A program made the position numbers and the translations under genes. This document shows positions 37,917 through 51,964 of a DNA stretch of 64,000 nt, one piece after another; position 1 is the stretch's first letter; each line of letters starts with the position of its first letter. Source of the DNA: Ophelia neglecta. Lineage: Eukaryota. The notes beneath the pieces are model-generated. The model searched no databases. It worked only from the letters and a program-made list of their open reading frames with translations, and was not told where the DNA came from. The stretch covers positions 55,676,001-55,740,000 of the forward strand of contig OZ260663.1 of the NCBI GenBank assembly GCA_965285935.1. The letters are read 5' to 3'.

Positions 37917-40900
37917 TTATGAGGCAGAATTTTTAGTTTTTCTGCCACTTTTTGAAGAAGAACCTCTGGATTTACTTGGCTTCTCTCGTGAGTCTAGACT
38001 CGGTTTGGACTGAGGTCGTTTCGTAGCAATAGGAGTCTTCGTTTTGTAACGGGGTGGTGGACCTAAAATATATAAGTTTAAAATCTTGAAACATGCACTT
38101 CTCCTTTTAGGCCATAAAGTATTAACCTATATCTATTTTAAAAGGCCTGAAAATGTTTGGAATGCCTGAATTATGAAACTAGTCTTAATATAAGAGCTGT
38201 GTCTATAGAATGCCAAACTGGTTGATAAACTGAAAGTGACATTATATGTACCAATTAAATTCGATGTACTTTCAGAAAATTGATCATATTAACCAGATTT
38301 TCCAACAGAAAAAGTAACAGTATAAATAAGGTTTGGAATGTCATTAACCTTTTAAAACCCGGAATTCTATTATAACTAAGGATTCCCTACATTTAGTCCT
38401 ATCAAGCCATAAAGGGGTTAAAACTTGACCACATGACATGATATTTTACTCTACATGCTTTCTGGAGGAAAGAGCACATACCATGTTGCTAAATTGTATT
38501 TAGATCAGAGCATTCACATTCTAAGCTGGATAATATTGGGGGGGGGGGGGGGGGAGTAATTTTAATACATTTGCAAGAATAACATGGGCTGTGCACAGCT
38601 ATATTTTGTCAGGTGACAATAAACCAATATTGATGGAGGATAACTTTGATAATTATGAATCATTATACTTTACTCGTTGATATCTTCCCTTGGAATTTAA
38701 TTCATCATGTTCGCTAGGAAGTCTTGGTATTAAAAAACTAGTTGTGGAAGGCTTGAAAAACCTTGAAAACCAACCTTCAGGAACAAGCTTTTTAATTTAC
38801 TGAGATTTGAAGCCTGAGGCTTTTGTGACTTTACATGTTTGCTTCAGGATCAAGGACTTTCATTTATTGAGACCTGGGAATGTGATCCATAACATTTGTC
38901 CAAAGTTTGTTTGAATTGGTTCCAAGTTCTATCTGGAACCACTTAATGGAGTTTGGTTGCTCCAAGTTTTAAGCAATGGTTCACTGCTTACATGTATACA
39001 TTGCATGCACTACATGTGTTTATCAATTCCAAATGTGGTGTCACTGCAATCTTGTTAAAAACAGTGAGCCAATATGACCATTACCGGGTATCTTATATAA
39101 AATTATGCCAGATGTTTTATTAAAAATACCTGTTCCTTTCTTATTAAGACATGCAATTTCCACATCAACCACTTCAAAACAGGACAAGTAGTATTGACCA
39201 TTGTGAGACATGCAATACAACCTCTGTTATCCTGTCTTACTTTGTCTACCAAAATGTGCCATAGGAGGTTGTTCTCCAGCGGTCTCCTCTTTGTTGTGGG
39301 CCTGTGACTGTGCATGCGTTTTATCCTCTTGTCGAGGAGTGTTAAGCACAGCTGCCATTGGTCCTGGTGCTAAGCACCAAGAAAATAATAAAAATTTAAG
39401 CAGCAAATTTTGTGCTAATGGAAAAAAATATCAAGATATTCAAAAATAAACACATACTTATGTATACTCATACATACTCACTAATATACTAACTATTGTA
39501 CATTTATGTATTGCACATTTACCAAGAAAATTATCTAATTTTTTTTTTAATAAATTTTTATTTTAATAGGTTTGTGTTAAGACATGGAAGTCTTTTGCAA
39601 GAAAAATGTTTCCTATTTTATTGAATGTAACTACTGGTATGAACATTTTAAAGAAAACATATGATGTCCTTATCAAATCCATGCTTTTTCCAATGTGATA
39701 TTTCATTACCCTAAATACACTATGTATACTATACTAACATAATTTGATACTAAATTTAAAATACAGATTGATGTTTGTGGACACAAATTCCTAGCTTCCC
39801 ACCTATGATTTATGACACATAGTGATCCTATCATCAAGTCTACCAAAGCCTTACCTAGGTAAATGACCCAGAGCTTCTCGTCTAAAACGCTGCCCAATGC
39901 TTTCTGAGATCGTTCACATTTTAATATATTTATTCACATTTTAATATTTTTTTTCTCAGTATTAAACACAAGGAAAGCATGTTTCAGTTATTTATTATAT
40001 ATGAAATTATGTGATACCTCTAATAAATAAATAACTATATAAATTTTAATATATTTGATACTCTCCTTTCTTTAATGAAGAGCCTGTTGTAAATAACTAT
40101 TATCAGTAATCTTTTATACATATATACATACCTAAAACTTGAGGGCGAGGTAACGCCGATTTCTCCACCATAAACTCCAGGTCATCTATTGTCTCTTCAA
40201 TGTTGACTTTTATTTGGTGGGATGCTGCTGTGATATGTGCACTGGCAACTTCATGAATTATTGCTAGAAGTTTCTTCATAGAAGAATGAAAAAAGTTGAA
40301 TGAATTTACCAATACATTGGGTGCAAATTACAGCCCTTTTATTAATTATTTCTTTCATAAGCTTCTTTGTATGTTTTGGGATAGTATTCGTTATGGTGAA
40401 CTCTAAGGTGAGAATTAATAAAAACTAGCTTGACTTATATATTAACTTCTAATTAGTACTACAACTACTGGTAAGCAGTATCCTGTTGGTGTATTTTAGT
40501 ATGAGTACTATAGTTAATTCTCACTTCTCTGTCTAATGGATGTTCAATGTTAGATATTCCTTCATAGGAATTGTTGATGATACATTCTGAGTTCTGTGCA
40601 ACTTCCCGTTTCTCTTTGATTCTTTCATCCTTTCTTTGACCTTCCTCCTCTTCAATTTCCAGCAATTTCTTTTCATATTCATATACAGCAACTTCTTTTG
40701 CATCTGCAAATGGCACTGGTGACCCTGGCGTTTCAACTACTAATTCAACTTCCTGTCTACATTGTTCTTGTTTAATTGAGAAAACATATTGAAATAAGTT
40801 AAAATGTTTCATGAAACTATTGAAGAAAAACTCTGTGTATATTTTGAGATTCCTTGCACTGACTTTGCCAACTAAAACATCTGAATGGGCTGTATATATC

Positions 40901-42193
40901 CTAACTGTCTCCATTAGCGTCTTTCCTATATAAAAAAAAACAAATTGAAACAAAAATTTACATCATATAATAAATAATGCAATATTTTATAGATTTTATA
41001 TTAAAAACTTAAAAATTTACAATCATAAAATGGCTTAATTTGTTTTTTATTTTGATAGCCATATTTGATATAAACCAAGAAATGGAACTAACCAATGCAT
41101 TCCTCTTGTACTACCTTTGCCAAATCGAAGAGGTGGCAAATGTGAGTCCAGGGGAATCCCTTTTCTACTGTGAACATCAAACTGTCATAGAGATAATCAA
41201 GTAAAATAGATGTTTGAATTTCATCTTCTTCATCGAATGGATCCCATCCAAGGTATCCGGTCAACAGAAGACGCCCATCTGCCCTCTGAAAAGTTATAAA
41301 CAATCAACTTTAACAACTAGCATTGGAATCATGGCAATGTTTTATTTTCATCATTTTGAATTTTAATTTTACAGACTGACTTTTGAGTAATAATAAAATT
41401 TAATTTCCTTGGGATCATAAATTTTTCTAGTCCCTGATGTCTTAGAACTACGTTATGGCAAATACATCTTCTGTATCACGGACATTAATTTATCAACTTT
41501 GGCTCTTTTTTGTCAGTCTCCATTGACTTTGGAAGTAGTAATATTGCTCTGCGATGCTTGATAACCATAAAGAGTATGGCACTAATGAAGCAATTTGGCA
41601 GAAAGTTAACTCTTTCACCGCCATTGTCACATTTGTGTGACCAAAATTCAGAATGCCATAGTCGCATATGTGCAAATATTGCACTTTTTATAGCATATAT
41701 TACTTTGTTTCAATCACAAAGAATCAGAATCCCATAACATTCCCTTTTTATATTAGACAGTTAATTGACATTCCAGAAATTAAAATGCTGATTTTAACTG
41801 GTAACCAGTGCTGAGCCTGTGGTGTTTTCACCTAGTGAAGTAGTCACAAATCAGTGATGGTAACTGATTGATCCAATACCCGTCTGGTGGAGGATTAAGG
41901 TGCAGTGCCCCCCCCCCCCCCCTCCCCCTTGTATATCGAATAGGCATGCATATATATAGGCCTGATAGGCTCATGCTCATTCGTTCATGGGCTACATGAT
42001 ACATGCATTTATTTACCCATTGATTGTGTCAAATTAATCAATAAAAGAGGTGTCTTATTTTTATCCGTGTGCACTATCATACAAAATAGAATCGAAGTAC
42101 CCCAGAAAACGAGATTGTCGAAATCGTGACAAATAAATAGATTACCTTTATTGCTGAAATTTCTTTCGCTTGGTCGATTGTTATGGTCGCCAT
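37917..42193 (-). CDS. C8orf74: C8orf74-like protein (related to CFAP119/CLAMP-domain flagellar proteins)
   Basis: Exons (minus) 42193-42146 (MATITIDQAKEISAIK), 41285-41093 (SILLDYLYDSLMFTVEKGFPW), 40925-40525 (FFFNSFMKHFNLFQYVF), 40273-40132, possible cassette 39369-39250, 38062-37917 (basic tail). Matches recalled human C8orf74 segments SILLDTLYESIIFAVGKGFPW and FIRHYKLYQYV. Confidence 0.85.
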
Positions 42194-42198
42194 CTTTT

Positions 42199-42390
42199 GT
42201 TGCCAATGGATATCCTGGCGAAATCTCGTTTGGTATATTACAGTGTTCTGTAATAAACTGGGAGTTTCTTACCGATTCATCAAAAGAGATATGTTACTAA
42301 TGAGTCAAATAGTACAACGACTCAATATCCTTCGAACTGAATACACCGCTTAAGGACAATAACTCGCTATTAAACTTTAGTCACGTGACT
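42199..42390. promoter_or_regulatory. C8orf74-like promoter with X-box-like site and palindromic E-box
   Basis: GTTGCCAATGGATAT 42199-42213 (RFX X-box-like), AGTCACGTGACT 42379-42390, local CpG enrichment. Confidence 0.4.
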
Positions 42391-45300
42391 TTGTATCCTA
42401 AACAAAGTTTGGCACGAGATTTGGATATGTTGACAGCAGAAACTTGGAAGGCGCCGATAGATGTAAAGTATTATGTGAGGTTTGTAAGTCTTTCATGACC
42501 TTTTTTCTTACCTGGCAACCTACCTTTTACCAATACAGAAATATTGACTGCTGTTTATGACAAATATGTTGTTAATTTGTGTTGTCTTGAACACTATATT
42601 TAGCATCAGCAACCATTTCCAGACACCTTGCCTCGCACTTGCTGCTGCAGTCTACATGTACATAAGCCTAATGCATCCCCCATCACCTGATCACCCTCAG
42701 CACTTTCTAGGTGGTCAGCGGGTTGGGGGGGGGGGGGGGGGGTAGAGGTAGAGGATAATACAAACTTTCATTATTTAAGAGTATCACGCATAAATAATCC
42801 ATCGATAGTCATGTCATAAATCAGACATTTGTTGTGTACACCTATCAAATATTAAGTTTATATATATTCCTTTAATTATTAATTTCCTGGGAAGGGGGGG
42901 GGGGGGGCAGACTGGAGAAAGGGGGCATACATTTTTGCCACCTCTTTAAGGGGATCAATAACATTTCAACATACCCCTAAGAGGGATCACTAAAAGTTTT
43001 GATGAAAATTTTTTGGTATTTATTGCTTTGTGCCATATTTTTCCAAATATGCTAGATTGGACCTGTTTAATATATTTTTCTTCATTATTGATAATATATA
43101 ACAAATGTGGGACTCAATCCCAGGGGGGGGGGGCACAATGGCCTTAAAATGGGTACATGTGTGCCCCATCAACATCAAGATAAAGGGGCAAACTCTACAT
43201 TGATCCCCAAATTTAATGGGTCGAAACTGTTCATTATAAGTTATGATACGGTCAAAATTCTACATTGAGACTATTTTTCCAAAAAAAGGGAGGTAAAAAC
43301 ATGCCATCATTTGACAAAAAGGGAGTCAATACCAAGGCAGATAATGATGTACTTACTTAGGTATCCAAAAATTAGCATTGGGTATGATATCAGTTGCTTT
43401 TTTACCCTGGATCATTGCTTGTGGTCAATCGATCATTGGAAGATTGTAATATGGCATTCAAAGTAGCTTTAAATACAATTTTGGTAAATTTTGCAAAAAA
43501 AGACACCTTTTGATTATTCTTATAAAACGTGACCACTTATGAATGTGTGGGTAAACTGTGACAAAGTACCTGTTATGTTAAATGCTCCTGCTGAACTACC
43601 CTCATTGACCCTCCAAGAACAATTATAACCGTTTTAATATTGTTAATAAACTACCTTTGAAATCATTATTTGATTTTTTTCCATTCTAGTAAGGTTGCTT
43701 TTTGTGTGCCAGTTAAGGAGTTTAATGAAGTCCCAATATTCTCAACTTGAACGTTGCTAGTATATTACATTACCAATACTGGCCAAGATTTCTAAATGAG
43801 ACCACTGTTCTTGTACATGTACATGCACATTTTGTTTTTATCCATACTACTGTAGCTATGTTAGGAATATATCTCACATTAATGTTCTGTGTAATTTAAG
43901 CCCTCTACACTATCAGAATGTACATTAAATCATTGAACACTCTTGTTTTCATGTTGACAGGCTTACTAAATTAATGTCATCATATGCTTCAGTTGTGTTG
44001 TGCCCATGGATGTTTGTAAACACATTAGCCTGGTGAACAGCTCTTGTGATAACAACTGGTACAGGTATCGCCTGACTTCTGACTCTCTGTGGCCTCAGTG
44101 GTAAATGTGATTGATGGTAGCCACTTAAAAAGATCTCTCCTCTATGACTGATACATTGATTTGATAAGACCTGCAGTCTGTATACGTATTAAAAAATACA
44201 TGTACTGTATTGGCTCTTAACATTGAACTTACATGAGGATCTTGCTCATGGCCCTATTAGCATCACAACATTTATTACCCCGTAACGGTGGTCTATAATA
44301 AATACTGGGTGTTTATAAAGGATAGTCCGATCGTTCATGATCAATACTCTTTATATATGCCCGGTAACAGTATAAAGTGACTTATAAAAACTACTAGCCA
44401 TATGTATGCTCCCTTAAATCATGCGTAAATCTGTCCATTTTATATTTTATATCTGAAACCCTCCAATTTTGGGGAGTGCCTCACCACAGTAGGAAAGTAT
44501 ACATGGTAATTTTCAATTACCAAAAACATTAAGATCTATGTATCTAGATAATGTATATTTGTATAGTTTAAGTCTGAAATGCCACAGTTATGCTGGCCCA
44601 ATGACCAAAAGTGGTTGGAACTCTCAGAAAAGAGCCCCCAGGGCGTTTACAAATGTTGAACCAGTGGTGATTCAGCTGTAATTCAGTAGTGAATTTCAGT
44701 GGTAGGCCTAATAAGTGGTGAACCACTGGCGATTCATTGATAATTAGCTGCCCCTGAAGATTTAGCTCCTGTCAATTAAGTTAGCACTGACCTCAGTCAC
44801 TGCTGAGAAAATAGCACAGGATGCTTTTTCACCTTTTTATGCTGCTGCATTGCTGCTATTATGATTAGCATTGGGGCAGCGGTATGAGAGCAGCAGAGCC
44901 ACTTGTACACTGCTAATGCTGCTATTTCACTGCTGAAATTCATTAGTAAAATGTTAGCATATAATAATGTTTGACTCTGAGGCTGGACGCAGATCAATAT
45001 TAGATCAGATATATATAAAGTCCTGCCTGTGTTGGGACAGATTCAGGGACCTGGACATTCCAAAACAAGGAAAGCAAGATAACACTTTTTACACTTGATT
45101 CTGAAGTTGGCCAAATTTCAAGTGTACATGTGCATGTACTAGGGCTGTCATCAATAATGCTGGTATATCTTGATATATAGATGATATATATATCATTGAT
45201 GCATCAATGCTGGTGTGATAGCAATGTGTAACTTCAGATATCGATATATTTTAAACCGCACAGTTTTGTATTAATCTTCAATGAAACATTGATGTCAAAC

Positions 45301-48300
45301 ACCAATTTAATTACATTTTATATGCCTTGGATCATTTTGCACTTTATCCTTATATATTCTTTGCTACTTTTACCATTGACTTAATACAATATGTACATCT
45401 GCTTGTGCTGCTAATAATTGTACAACTGTCAATCACCAGTGAAACCTGGAAATGATGATCTATTTGTCTCTGAATCTCCCACCAAATTGTGATTTTTGCA
45501 ACATTTGATTAGATTCTGTTGATAGACAACTGTCAGCAGTTCTATTTACATTCAGATTCATTGACAGATTAATGCCAATAAAGGTGATAATACAGTCCAA
45601 CCATAATATTTTATAGGCTTGTTCAAATTTGTGTCTGGTGCTGAATTAATGTTTGTTGGTATAACTGTATAATACCAATAAATAACTACTGTACATGTAC
45701 ATATAGTAAAAACTGGTTTAGTTCAAGGAGTATTGCCATGATTGAAAGGCCTGGGGGGTTTATTTTTGCAGTGTGGTATGTGTATTAAAGGAAACCCATA
45801 CCTGTATCTAACCAAAATAATAATTAATGTGCTTTGGAGTTATGAAAATATGGTCTTTTCAACATAACGGAACCCACAATATTTGTAAAGAGTAATTTAT
45901 GCTGTTATCATATATGTGTTCCACTCTTTGACTTGTTAATACAAGTTCAGTTTGTTTACTAAACAGAGTTGACTCCAATCCTGTGTTATGTATGATTAAA
46001 CCCAAATGATTAGGATCAACTGTTATTGAAACTTTAATTCCTAATTTGCATAAAAATCATTTCATTAACCTACTACTTTAATCATATGTAATAACTTTAT
46101 GCAATGTTTATTCAGTAACTACAGAGCTGTACTCATTAACTGCATGCATTAAATAGTATTAATATATATATGATCAAATTATCAACTTGATCAAATTAGT
46201 TTTATTGAAGTTCATCGTTCATAGACATGTACAGCCACACCCTTTTCACAAATGATTTACTGTAGGCACAGCTCTCAAATTCATTGATCTTTCTTAATGT
46301 TTCCCCTATGAATTTTTGTTCATGAATTAATTCAGTTGATGGAACAATGATACCAATATAAGTTTATATAGCCTGTTTGAAGCAAGGGTGGGCGTAATAG
46401 CCTGAACAATGGGCTACACAACACATATCAATGGCTAAAATAATCATTATTTTACTTTTGAGTAGTTATGCTCTTTGTTAAATTGTATAATCTGATGGTT
46501 GCCAAGTGATTTTAGCCATAATAATTATGTGGTCACTCTCTTTCAATTCAGACTCTGTTTAAGCTTCCATTAGCTGCATATGAATGGAGAGTATGGCGCT
46601 GATGCTTTTGCATGATGTGTAGTGGGTAATCATTGTCAGTGATTCTAAGTCACCTTTAGTTTTTATATATTGCTCCTAATGGAGCTGGTAAACAGTCCAT
46701 TATTGGCACTTTGCAGTGATCATAAGTCAATTAGTACACTGGCGTTTAGGGTTGAGCATTACTGAGCCATGTTTTTCTGTAATGCTCCCCAAAGCGGCTG
46801 CTTCAGGTCGCTGTCACCTGTGCTGGGGGCTTAGTCGTAACTTAACACCTAAGTTTCCATTTAGCCACTTCCTTATGACTGGCTGTATAACCTCTCCCTC
46901 AGCTGTTTATTTATCATTACTGCCAAATTATCACATTTATCTGTTAATCAGACTAAAACAAGATTTCTTTGGCCTCAGGACAGTAATTGGTTTGGGACTG
47001 CAGGCATATGTAGCAGATACATCAATACATTATTGATTTCAGATCGTCATGCCCTTGTCATGAATACCTAGCGCACAGGTTGCTATGCATTATTTGATTT
47101 TTCTTGTCTGTGCTCAGTGATACATTTCCTGGACTAATTTTTGATGAAAACATTTAATATTTGACATCAAATTGATTTTCTTGATGTTGAACATAGCTCA
47201 AATTTGTGATTGACATCTAGATGCGCACGTGAACACTATATATTTTTTTCTTTGTGGCCATTAACTTTTATATTTCAAATAAAAAGGCACACAGATATAT
47301 GTGTTTTATAATATGGGTTTTAATTAATGCATCCATTCCTGAATACAAGTTAATTCATATTTAACATATAAATGTCCATATACAGGAAACATATGATCTG
47401 GAAAATAATATAGTATACTGTGGTAGTAGTGGTCTCTGATATGATTGAATTTATTTGCTGTGTTGTGTACTAAATTGAATTATGTATTTGCCAGTTGTTA
47501 GCCAGATATACATCCTCATCACTTAATAATGAGGTCAAACACATCAGAAGATAGGTAAACAAGGTGATGTTAAAAATGGCACATTATTGAGAGTAAATCA
47601 CTTATGTTGTCATCACCATGGCTGCCAAAATAACATGTATTGTAACCCTTTGCACAGGGAACTTGTTACAATATTAGCTCAACACAGGCCTGTAGGCACA
47701 GCATGTTACTGACCATGTTTAACATGTTTTGTTACTAGTTAAAAATTATGTATCCCTCTTATTATTTTTTATACATTTTTGGATTTAAGCCCTTAAGGAA
47801 CTAGCCCTATTCAGGGCACAGAAATTATTAAATTTAACATTTTGTGGCTGTGTCAAATCCCATAAAAGGAGTATGCATAAACATGCACCTGAGTACAATA
47901 CATGTATGTGAGTCACAAGGAAAAGTGCTGATACTTTCCCAATTCCTCAGTGAGATGAGATTAGGTAAATATAATCATTCCAAAGGCTGAGAAAAAAAAT
48001 CCTCTTAAACCACTGTGGTGCTCAAATACATATGTTAAGACATTTACATTTGGGGTTAAATATAACTATATCTGATATCATAATGTCCGTTATTCTCTTC
48101 TTAGCCTTAGTGATGTCAATTTCTTGGCCAAGATTGTTTTCCATTTAATATTCTTATCATGTGCAAGTATTTCACTGCAGACATATTTTAACTAGGATAA
48201 TCCTTATTGCACCAATTAAGCCTTTGAAAAGTGGCTCATAGCACATAGCTAGTAGACGCCATGTCAAAAAATCAAAAGCTTTACTTGTGGCATCGTGTAT

Positions 48301-48941
48301 TGTTGCTACAGGTCTCTTTAACTTATGAATGATCTATTGAAAGTTGTGAGGTAGAGTTATATATCAGTGACTCCGATAGATGAGACATGTTGCGTTTCAT
48401 GGAACAATGAAACAGTGATCAATGCTTGTAAGACTGCTAACGCCACATGCCATACTGGCTTTATTTATGTCTAGCCCGCCCCGGCAACGCTCACTGTGTA
48501 AACAGCACTTGTTCTTGAGTTCTGGGTACTATAATAAATAACTGACAGTTCAATAAATTCACAATCTAAACGAACATGAATATGATTACAGCATTTTTTG
48601 ATAGCCCGATTATCAAAAAGTCCAGTAACTATAATGCTGGTTACATTTGTTATATTAATCATATTGGTATAAGACACATAAGCTACATGTTTATGTTAAA
48701 CAGTGATGAAACAGCAATATTCTGGTATAGTGAAAAAATACATGAATAGATATAAAATATACATTTGGAAGGGATGAAATGGGTAACTCTCTTACTCTAG
48801 GAATGTTTGAATGGAGTGCATAATTGCAACTATGTGCAGTTTAAAAATATAAATTTTCTTTACATATTTATACTGTTTCATAATATGGATAAATATTCCT
48901 GTATGTACAGTACAAGCAAGGCCAATATGATATAAGATATA

Positions 48942-49163
48942 CCATAAATGATGTAATAGAAGACGCACTTTTTGCATTTTTCAGATTTGTAAAATTGGAA
49001 GTTTTTCTGTAAAAGTTTGGAGTGCGTCTTCTATTAGAATACCAAATTACATGTATTTGACTTGGGATGGGAAGATTCCATTCTAAGAATTTTGGCTGGA
49101 ATTTTCCCAGATGTTAGGGTGCGTCTCCTATTAGAGTAGTGTCTTCTATTAGATCATTTACGG
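48942..49163. mobile_element. pogo/Tc2-like MITE
   Basis: TA|CCATAAATGATGTAATAGAAGACGCACT ... AGTGTCTTCTATTAGATCATTTACGG|TA, with internal repeats of GTGCGTCTYCTATTAGA. Confidence 0.8.
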
Positions 49164-51131
49164 TACATTCATTTATTTATTTACCTCTATGAAATTAATG
49201 CATTTAATTGTTAACATTTTCAACTATAACGATATATTTCAAATATGTATTATATTCTGTGTCTTCTAGATGCAAATCAAAATGATAAATTTGTTTTTCC
49301 AGTGATGAAATGGAGATTGAAATGGTCAACCAAGGGCCAATTATTATTAACTTTCTGAAGATTAAAGGAGGCAATTAAAGGTAAAATTAATCATGTCATA
49401 TCTTTTTAATATCTGTTAATAATGCATGTCATTTCCCTGGTCATGTAATTTCTTGTTTATTTTAAATCCATAAGGTATCAATTTCAGGCCACACATGCAT
49501 TATATCAGTACATAGCTAACATGCAGATTTTTTCTGCATTTTAACTGCTTTTTTAAAGCAATGGATCATGAATTATTTGTTAACTCATACATCTTAACAA
49601 CAGCCTGTCACCTTGTTGTTTGCATGTAGCACTCATGAAGTGTTGACCTCAAACATATTGGCTATTTGTTGATATATGTTCAAGAAGAAATCACAAATTT
49701 GTAGACAGGATTATTATCAAATGGACATCATGGCAAATATTTAATGTTAGTGTTAGCACGAACCAGCTCGCAAAGCATGAAATCTACACAATTTCAAATT
49801 CCTTTTTTGCTTTATGGCTATATTTTAGATAGTTTTTTTCTTCATATTTCTGGATAAAAGTCTTTGCCAAAAGCTTGGCTTTGGTCTTAGTGAAGAAAAT
49901 GTAGCGTCTTTAGTTGCCGAACCTTTTATGAACACAATCTATAGTAAGTTTCCCTATAAGCTAGAATATCCTTTAATAGGATTAAGCTACATGGTGTGAG
50001 GGAGGATTCTCAGACGGATGCTTATACATGTATTACCATGGCAATGGGTCTCACCATGTTCCATTATATTTGGATAAAGATTGTATTTTATATGTACCAT
50101 GTGTACAATGTAAGTATTTGGACTGAAAATAGGCTCAGCATTTCTGTGTGGAAAAGAGGTTGCTCTACACTTGTTATTCTGAGCATTTGCCTGGAGACAA
50201 TTACCAAAATCAACATTTGCCAACATATTTACCTGAAATTTCTATCCTGTTAGCTAACATGTATTAACACCTTGTGCAAGGTGTGGTTAGGGATGCATTT
50301 AAGCCACATTTATTTTATGGCATCCCAGACTGATAAGAGATGGTTTCTATGTTGAAGTTAGCTTTTACCTAATTAAATAGTTACAACGACACAGGTTGGT
50401 CATATAAGATTTTGCTCGTTCTGCTAATCTCAGTCTATTGCCTCTCTGGTCTTAAAAGTAAAAGAAGGATGCTATACTGTCAGGACATTCTTGCAGAAAT
50501 CATTTCTAAATTCACAAAGAGCCGATTTATCTAGTTTTTCCAACATTTTGAGTGATATCTAAAAAACTGTTCTACCAATTGGAGTGCAGGACAGTTCCTT
50601 CTGGAGGCTGTTATTTCTCAACGATTTGGATAATCACATAGGCTTCTCTGAAGCTCTTTAAGGCAGTAAGTATTCTTATGGTTAGAATTTAATAATCCTT
50701 AAGTGGACTTCTTATAGAGGATGTAGAAGGTCCTTCAGCTTCTTCCCTGTGGAGTCCTTTCCTCAAAGTTGTTCAATGTTATTGACTGATTTGTGTGGCA
50801 GTACTTGGCCCACATAGACTGCTGATGAGCATGCCGGCAGATTCTTGGTCAGTACTTTTACCAATCGTAACAAGCTGCAACATCTCAGCATCACACCAAT
50901 ATATCAAATTGATACCATATAACTAGGCCTATTTAAATTGTGATATTGCCACAGGTATTACATATGTCCTGTTACTACAGGATTATGAATTTTTCAAAAT
51001 TCTGAATGGCAAAAACTACTAAATTTAATGTTAAAAGCTGGGTTTTTTATCCTCTGTTGATGAAACAGTATACATGTATCAATATCCAGTGAATGTCAAT
51101 GTGCTAGGACATAAATTTGGGGTAAATTTAT

Positions 51132-51964
51132 CAGGCCTGGGGCAATTACTTGTCTAAAGTAATTAATTACCATTACAATTACTTCAAAAATTCATAATTA
51201 CCATTACAATTACCATTTCTTTCTTTTCTGGAAGTAATAATTACAATTACAATTACTTTTGAAAGTAATTAATTACAATTACTAATTACTTTGATTTTTT
51301 TACCTAAGTATAGGAAAGATATATATACTAAAAACATCAGGTTAATTATTAAATCTGGTGATCTGCTCTATGATGTGCTTTACTTGGAAGCATGCATAAT
51401 ATTGCTATTGGTATGCTATTATATGCTACATTCATCATTAGAGTCATAATTGAACTCTGTGATTTGCTACTGAGTGAGTCATATATGTGCTAATGTTAAT
51501 CAATTTACTCTATGATCTGCTAAGGGTTTAGTTCATTATGATTGAAATGGAATGCAATTGAGCCAACTGATAATTTTGTTAAATTGACCTATACACATGG
51601 TGTTAATTGCCTTTAAATGATCACACAACAGGCTGTGTTAGTCATAACCTCTAAGACAATAGAAGTCAATTAAATAAACACAACCCAGACAGTTGGGTGT
51701 CAAAGGCTGGGGCCAGCTAGAGTATGGGAAACCAACATTAAGCAATATGACCTCACACTACCTGGTTTAACAAAGCATGATGGCCAAACTACACATGTAA
51801 TTCAAAAGTAATTGAAGTAATTAATTATTTTCGGTGTGCTTAATCATTACCATTACCATTACTTTCCATTTTAAAACCAGAAGTAATGATTACTTTGAAT
51901 TACTGTAAAAAATGTAATTAATTACAATTAATTACCATTACTAATGGTAATGGCCCCAGGCCTG
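51132..51964. mobile_element. hAT-type non-autonomous element
   Basis: TIR CAGGCCTGGGGC / GCCCCAGGCCTG, perfect 8-bp TSD AAATTTAT (51124-51131, 51965-51972), ATTAC/GTAAT subterminal arrays at both ends. Confidence 0.92.

Noticed and set aside
38660-38990. Coding-looking minus-strand stretch in C8orf74-like intron
   Set aside because: Interrupted by stops and no phase-compatible splice pair found.
41493-41684. MAVKELTF... (ATG 41624, minus) as first exon of the C8orf74-like gene
   Set aside because: No good phase-0 donor; 42193-42146 has AAG|GTAATC and matches the recalled length of the human N-terminus.
50400-50900. Decayed transposase-like fragment on minus strand (RYHSKCW)
   Set aside because: Multiple stops and only one short motif; cannot be supported without a search.
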